A stretch of 64,000 nt of DNA from the human T2T-CHM13v2.0 reference genome, Homo sapiens, in contig CP068257.2 in NCBI GenBank assembly GCA_009914755.4, positions 30,240,001 through 30,304,000 of the forward strand, written 5' to 3'. The notes under the pieces were generated by a model. It did not search any database, was not told where the DNA came from, and worked only from the letters and a program-made list of their open reading frames with translations. Below are positions 62,700 to 64,000 of this stretch, piece after piece; the stretch's first letter is position 1, and each line of letters begins with the position of its first letter. A program made the translations under genes and the position numbers.

Positions 62700-64000
62700 C
62701 TTTCAACTTTTATTTTTGCTTCAGGGTGTACCTGTGCAGGTTTGTTACATGGGTATATTGCGTGATGCTGAGGTTTGGGGTACAGATTCCATCACCCAGG
62801 TACTGTGCATAGTACCCAACGGGTAGTTTTTCAACCCTCGTCCTCCTCTTTCCCACCCTTCTCTGGTAGTTCTCAGTATCTGTTGTTCCTGTCTTTGTGT
62901 CCATATGTACCCAATGTTCAGCTCCCACTTACAAGGAAGAACATGCAATATTTGATTTTTTTTTTCTTTGTTAATTTGCTCAGGATAATGACTTCGAGCG
63001 GCATCCATGTTGCTGCAGAGGGCATGATTTCATTCTTTTTTATGGCTGCATGGTATTCCATGGTACATATGTACCCCGTTTTCTTTACCCAGTCCACCTT
63101 TGATAGGCACCTAGTTTGGTTACGTGTCTTTGCGGTTGTGAATAGCGCTGTAGTGTCTTTTGGGTAGAATGATTGATTTTCACCCTTTTTTATTCCAGTT
63201 GTCTCTCAATTTTTCTGCCTCTTTGGATCATTTGTGTCCTCTTTGATCACTGTTGAGTAGCTGAGCAGAGGGTCTGGGTTGCTCACTGTTCTGAATGGAC
63301 TCAGGGACATAACTTCAGGGGGCTAAGGATGTCCCACAGTGAACTGCCTGAGTGAGGCACTTGGTTGTAGTTGTACCATTCTTAGTGTGGATTGCTTAGG
63401 AAAGGGAAATGTATCCAAAAGCTGCTTTTACAAAAATTTATAGACAATGTTTTTTAGAGCAGTTTCAGATTTACAGAAGACTTGCATAGAAACTATGAGA
63501 GTTCCCGCATACCTTCCCCCTACTCACATTTTCCCTGTTACGAATATCTTGTGTTCCCCTGGCACATTTGTTACAATGGATGAACCAGCATGGATACAGT
63601 CGTATTAACTAAGGTCTGAGTTTACCTTAGGGTTCACTCTGTGATGTCCAGTTCTGTGGATTTTGATAAATGCACAGTATCATGTAACACCACTACAGTA
63701 CCATAAAGAATAATTTTAACACCCTAAAACCCCTCTATACTCCACCTATTCATCTCTCCTTTTTTCCCTCGCACACCCCAACCCCTGGCAGCCACTGCTC
63801 TTTTTACCATCGCCATAGATTCCCAGAGTGTCATACAGTTGGAGTCAAACAGTATGTAGCCATTTCTGACTAGCTTCTTTCAATTAAAAGCATGCATTTG
63901 ACGTTCCTCCATGTCTTTCCAAGTGAATCACACCATTTTTGGCTCATCTTATTTGTTTTTATCACTGAAGATAAAAAGATATTCTGTAATATCTTATCTC
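62700..64000 (+). mobile_element. Old L1 (L1PB/L1MA-like) 3' region running off the window end
   Basis: gggtgtacctgtgcaggtttgttacatgggtatattgcgtgatgctgaggtttggggtacagattccatcacccaggtactgtgcatagtacccaa...ggataatgacttcgagcggcatccatgttgctgcagagggcatgatttcattcttttttatggctgcatggtattccatggtacatatgtacc...gtgaatagcgctgtag follows L1 sense-strand landmarks in order. Confidence 0.7.

Overview
This window is primate (human-type) nuclear genomic DNA, not a prokaryotic locus. It is about half interspersed repeats, with roughly 39 Alu SINEs, and contains a CpG island and spliced protein-coding exons with GT/AG introns. The only protein-coding content I can support is the 5' end of a serine/threonine kinase gene on the + strand. 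Coding exon 1 has its ATG at 1999 and runs to 2259, with a GTGAGT donor. Coding exon 2 spans 52651-52943 with a good polypyrimidine/AG acceptor and a GTAAGG donor. The joined peptide reads MPAAAGDGLLGEPAAP...LGEGSFAKVREGLHVLTGEK|VAIKVIDKK...YLVMELCPGGNL...AVEHLHRAGVVHR. From memory this matches HUNK (hormonally up-regulated Neu-associated kinase, chr21q22); I could not run a database search. Exon 1 sits inside a ~2.1 kb CpG-island promoter (~640-2760). Intron 1 (2260-52650, 50.4 kb) is ordinary repeat-rich intronic sequence. It holds Alu elements of J, S and Y type, several with intact target-site duplications. It also holds L1 3' fragments, MIR remnants, at least 12 copies of one old LTR-like (MaLR-type) repeat family, a MITE-like element, and many micro- and minisatellites. 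Almost every ORF in the supplied six-frame track is an artefact of Alu consensus, GC-rich island sequence or simple repeats. That track also uses GTG/TTG as starts, so its 'M' is often not ATG. I found no tRNA, rRNA or CRISPR, and no evidence for a novel biological system. The observations worth a second look are structural: an inverted duplication around an Alu, a tandemly duplicated Alu with its target-site duplication, a 28-bp minisatellite with 84-bp higher-order structure, a (TG)n tract just upstream of the exon 2 acceptor, mirrored purine and pyrimidine tracts, and a small low-copy duplication.
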